Source: Mobula hypostoma (taxonomy: Eukaryota). Taken from it: a stretch of DNA of 64,000 bases. A program made the translations under genes and the position numbers. The notes under the pieces are model-generated. The model saw only the letters and a list, made by a program, of their open reading frames with translations. It was not told the origin of the DNA and searched no databases. Of this stretch, positions 60,683 to 64,000 are shown in pieces. The stretch is taken from positions 16,556,001 to 16,620,000 of the forward strand of contig NC_086109.1 of NCBI RefSeq assembly GCF_963921235.1. Direction: 5' to 3'. Numbering within the stretch: the stretch's first letter is position 1; each line of letters opens with the position of its first letter.

Positions 60683-62966
60683 TACCAGAGACCTCAGAAA
60701 AAGAAGTTTACATATAACAGCTTTTAATTGCCTTGAGTAATTTACAAGTCCCCGAAGTTTCAGACTTAGATTCAATATACATCAAAACATACAGTGAAAT
60801 GTGTCATTTGAGTTAGCAAACATCACAACCTATGCAACACGCACAAAATGCTGGAGGAACTCAGCAGGTCAGGCAGCATATAATGGAATGAATTAACAGT
60901 CGATGCTTTGGGCTGAGATCCTTCTTTGCAACCTAAGGTTGCTCTGGGGGCAGAACACCCATTCCAATGCCAACATAACATAGCATGCATAATACTTAAA
61001 TAATTTTAAAAGTTCCCTTTCTGGACCGTAGAAATTGTTTGACATTTCTTTAATAATAATGGATTTGCTGAAAGGGTACTTCCAGATTATGGATTTCTGT
61101 GTTTAGCGTGCAAATCTAGCAACTCCTTTAAACTGGTGTGGAGTGTTTCAGCAGGCTAGGATTTTCATTATGTGAACAGTGAAGCGGGACAAACCGCACA
61201 GCAATTTGTGATGAGGAGATATCACGAATTGTGAATCTCAGCCAGTCGCTCTTTTAATAACAATGAGAAATATTAAACTCACCGTTGGTTTTGCAGCATT
61301 TTCTAGGCCATTGACTTCGTCTACAGAAATATCACTGTTGTACATTCTCACACAACCATGCACACCACTGGAATATAAATACAGTGGGGTCTATGCAGTC
61401 GTGAGGGCTGTAGTGTGTGATTAGCATTCACACCTGTGTTCCAGTACAGTCAAGTACCAGTCTTGCTGATCATTATCACCTGAACTCTCATGCTCTGTGC
61501 TAAAAGTTGGCTCTTCCTTCTGGCATACAAATTGGGAATGGGAGACTCCGCTTGGTCCCTTGAGTTTGCTGGGCCATTTAATAGGATCATGGATGATTTA
61601 GATTAAAACCTCAGTTCTGCATTCCTGCCTTCCTCAGTTAACCCTTCACCCCCTGAAGAATCAACAACCTTTGCCTTAAGAATATTCAGTGATGCCTTCC
61701 ATTTGCTCTTGGAGGAAGTCTTCTGAGACTGAAAAAGCAGTTCTGCATATGCACTTTAAATGGATGACTCTTATATTTTGAGCAGTGGCCCCTATTTTTT
61801 GATTATCTCCCCTTCCCCCCCACCCTCCCACAAAGAGCAAACTTCCCTTCCACATCCATCCTGTAAAGAACCCTCAGGAATGTATTTGTTTAAAGTGGAA
61901 TTTGAGAGGTTCTTGATCAGTAAGGGGAGAAGGCAGGAGAATGGGGTCAAGAGCAATAATAAATCAGCCATGACTCAATGGGCTGAATGGCCTGATTCTG
62001 CTCCTATGTCTTAAGATCTCATGATCTTCAATCAGGTTACCTCTCACTCTTCTAAATTTCAGAAATTTCAAGAGACTGCAGATACTGAAGCAACTACAAG
62101 CCTTGGAAACTCCTCCTATTTTATAAATCCTCTCAGATTTCCCTGAATTGTTTCCAAAATATCTCTATCTTTTTGCAAATAAGGAGTCTTATCCTGTACA
62201 CAGTACTCCAGATCTGGTCTCGCTGGTAGCCGTTATAACTGCAGCATAATCTCCCTACTTCTATAGTCAGAGAGAAGTTAGGATAGGTACATAGATGAGA
62301 GAGGTATAGAGGAACAGTTAGGCAAAAAATCAGGCTGGCAGAGGCTGGTTGGGACGAGAGGCTCGTTTTTGTGCTGCAGTGCTCTACGACTATGACTCTA
62401 TACCCTTGCAGTAATCAATAACATTCAGTTTCCTGCTGTATGTACCGATTGAAAATCAAGTGTTAGGTCAGCCAGATGCCTGTGCATCACATACAGCAGC
62501 ATTTCATACAAAATATTTCAACCAAGAAATATTATTAGAGCAAGATAAAAATAACTCCCTTGTTGGGCTTTTGCAGTGAACTCAAATTAAGAGTAGGAAA
62601 GAATGAATTATTGAACCAAACATGGCACCATGAAATCAGACAATCACAGAATGGTTGAAGTGCAGAAGGAGCTCCCATTCAATCACTGCAAATGAACGAC
62701 CTTGAATAAAATGGCTGGCAGTATATTCCAGACCCCTAACCACTCGCTGTATAAAAGGTCTTTCCTTATGTACCATCTAGTTATTTTTGTTCAATCAGCT
62801 TTATTTTCTGTCCCCTGGATCATGTGGTAAAAGAAATTTCAAAACCGTGATTTTTGTTTTGAAGATTACATGTTTTGGGGATAGATTTAATGTACATATT
62901 TCTTGTAACAGATGGAAAGCCTACTCTTGTTGCTACATTTCTGAATCTGATCTCCAGGCCATAATA

Positions 62967-63608
62967 CACTCAGCTTCCTAGATACCTCCAAATAAAGTGG
63001 CCACGGTGTGTATGTTCATGGTCTTCTGCCGCTGTAGCCTATCCACATTAAGATTCAACATGTTGTGCGTTCAGAGATCTGCTTCAGCACACCACTGTTG
63101 TAATGTGTGCTTATCTGAGTCACTGTCGCCTTCCCGTCAGCTTGAACCAGTCTGGCCATTCTCGTCTGACCTCTCTCATTAACAAGGCGCTTTGGCCGAC
63201 AGAGCTGCCGCTCACTGGAGGTTTTGTTTTGTTGTTGGCACCATTCTCTGTAAACCCTAGAGCAGGAGCCCCAAGCTGGGGTGCGTGGACCCCTTGCTTA
63301 ATGGTATTGGTCACTGAAATAAAAGTTGGAAACCCCTGGTCTAGAGACTAACGTGTGTGAAAGTCGCAGGAGTTCAGCAGTTTCCGAAGTGCTCAAACCA
63401 CCCCCTCTGGCACCAACAATCATTGCATAGTCACAGTCATTTAAATAACACTCTTCCCCATTCTGCTATTTGGTCTGAACAATAACTATACCTCTAAACC
63501 ATTTCTGCATATGTTTATGCGTTGAGTTCCTGCTACACGATTGGCTGATTAGATATTTGCATTAACGAGCAGGTCTACAGATGGACCTAATAAAATGGCC
63601 ACTGAGTG
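62967..63608 (-). mobile_element. Non-autonomous Tc1-like element
   Basis: Ends CACTCAG... / ...TGGCCACTGAGTG; internal AATAAA(G/A)TGGCCAC repeat; transposase-like remnant on the minus strand. Confidence 0.8.
63263..63338. mobile_element. 76-bp hAT-Charlie-like MITE nested in the Tc1-like element
   Basis: CAGG...CCTG ends; 8-bp TSD CCCTAGAG / GTCTAGAG (NTCTAGAN-type target). Confidence 0.8.
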
Positions 63609-64000
63609 TGTGTTAGGCACCTTTTCCCTGAAGTTGACCATCAAGTATTATCTAAGCAATTTTATAAGCAGGTTCATTCGTGTGATAGGCCAGTAACTGG
63701 CATAAAATATCCTACCCACAGTTTAGATTGAACAATGGAGAAGGCAGAAATAGAGCTAGTTTTGTCATCTCCAACAAAGTCCAACTGTTTATGAATCACT
63801 GCATTATCTCAGCAGACCATCTGCCTGCAGAACACTGAACTCTTTCACTGATGCTTTGGAGAGAGCAGTGATTGACCAGCTGTGTACCCCTTAGACCTCA
63901 GGTTTGTTTGGGGAAGGCAGATGGGGTTAAACATACTTACAATGACAAAGCCATAAACAGAAGACAGTCTACAGATGCTTGAAATCCAGAGCAACATACA

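Noticed and set aside
51000..64000. Exons of a neighbouring gene
   Set aside because: No ORF or exon with recognisable non-transposon homology was seen, though small or non-coding exons cannot be excluded.

Overview
Repeat-rich vertebrate genomic DNA. The CR1/Penelope/Tc1/SINE repertoire suggests a cartilaginous fish such as a ray or shark (inference). The window holds the 3' part of a + strand neurofascin (NFASC, L1-CAM family) gene. By splice sites and reading frame I reconstruct: a TPTA-type mini-exon (11416-11451), the mucin-like PAT exon (23664-23807), two exons of the fifth FnIII domain (27941-28060, 29065-29217), the transmembrane exon (34790-34921), a divergent first cytoplasmic exon (38060-38108), the 12-nt RSLE-type microexon (43595-43606) and the last coding exon with FIGQY (44434-44677). 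A possibly ~6 kb 3' UTR follows. The rest is intronic or intergenic: many CR1 fragments, Penelope-like elements (one with a GIY-YIG ORF) whose tails carry minimal hammerhead-ribozyme cores, a multiply interrupted Tc1 transposon, a palindromic mariner-derived MITE, hAT/Tigger MITEs, SINEs, a ~63-bp minisatellite and several local duplications. Most notable: a remodelled neurofascin cytoplasmic tail (YLSL in place of YRSL, a candidate extra microexon, C-terminus extended past the usual YSLA end) and sense-strand hammerhead motifs inside the introns. No prokaryotic-type system is present. Comparisons with mammalian proteins are from recall, not from a database search.
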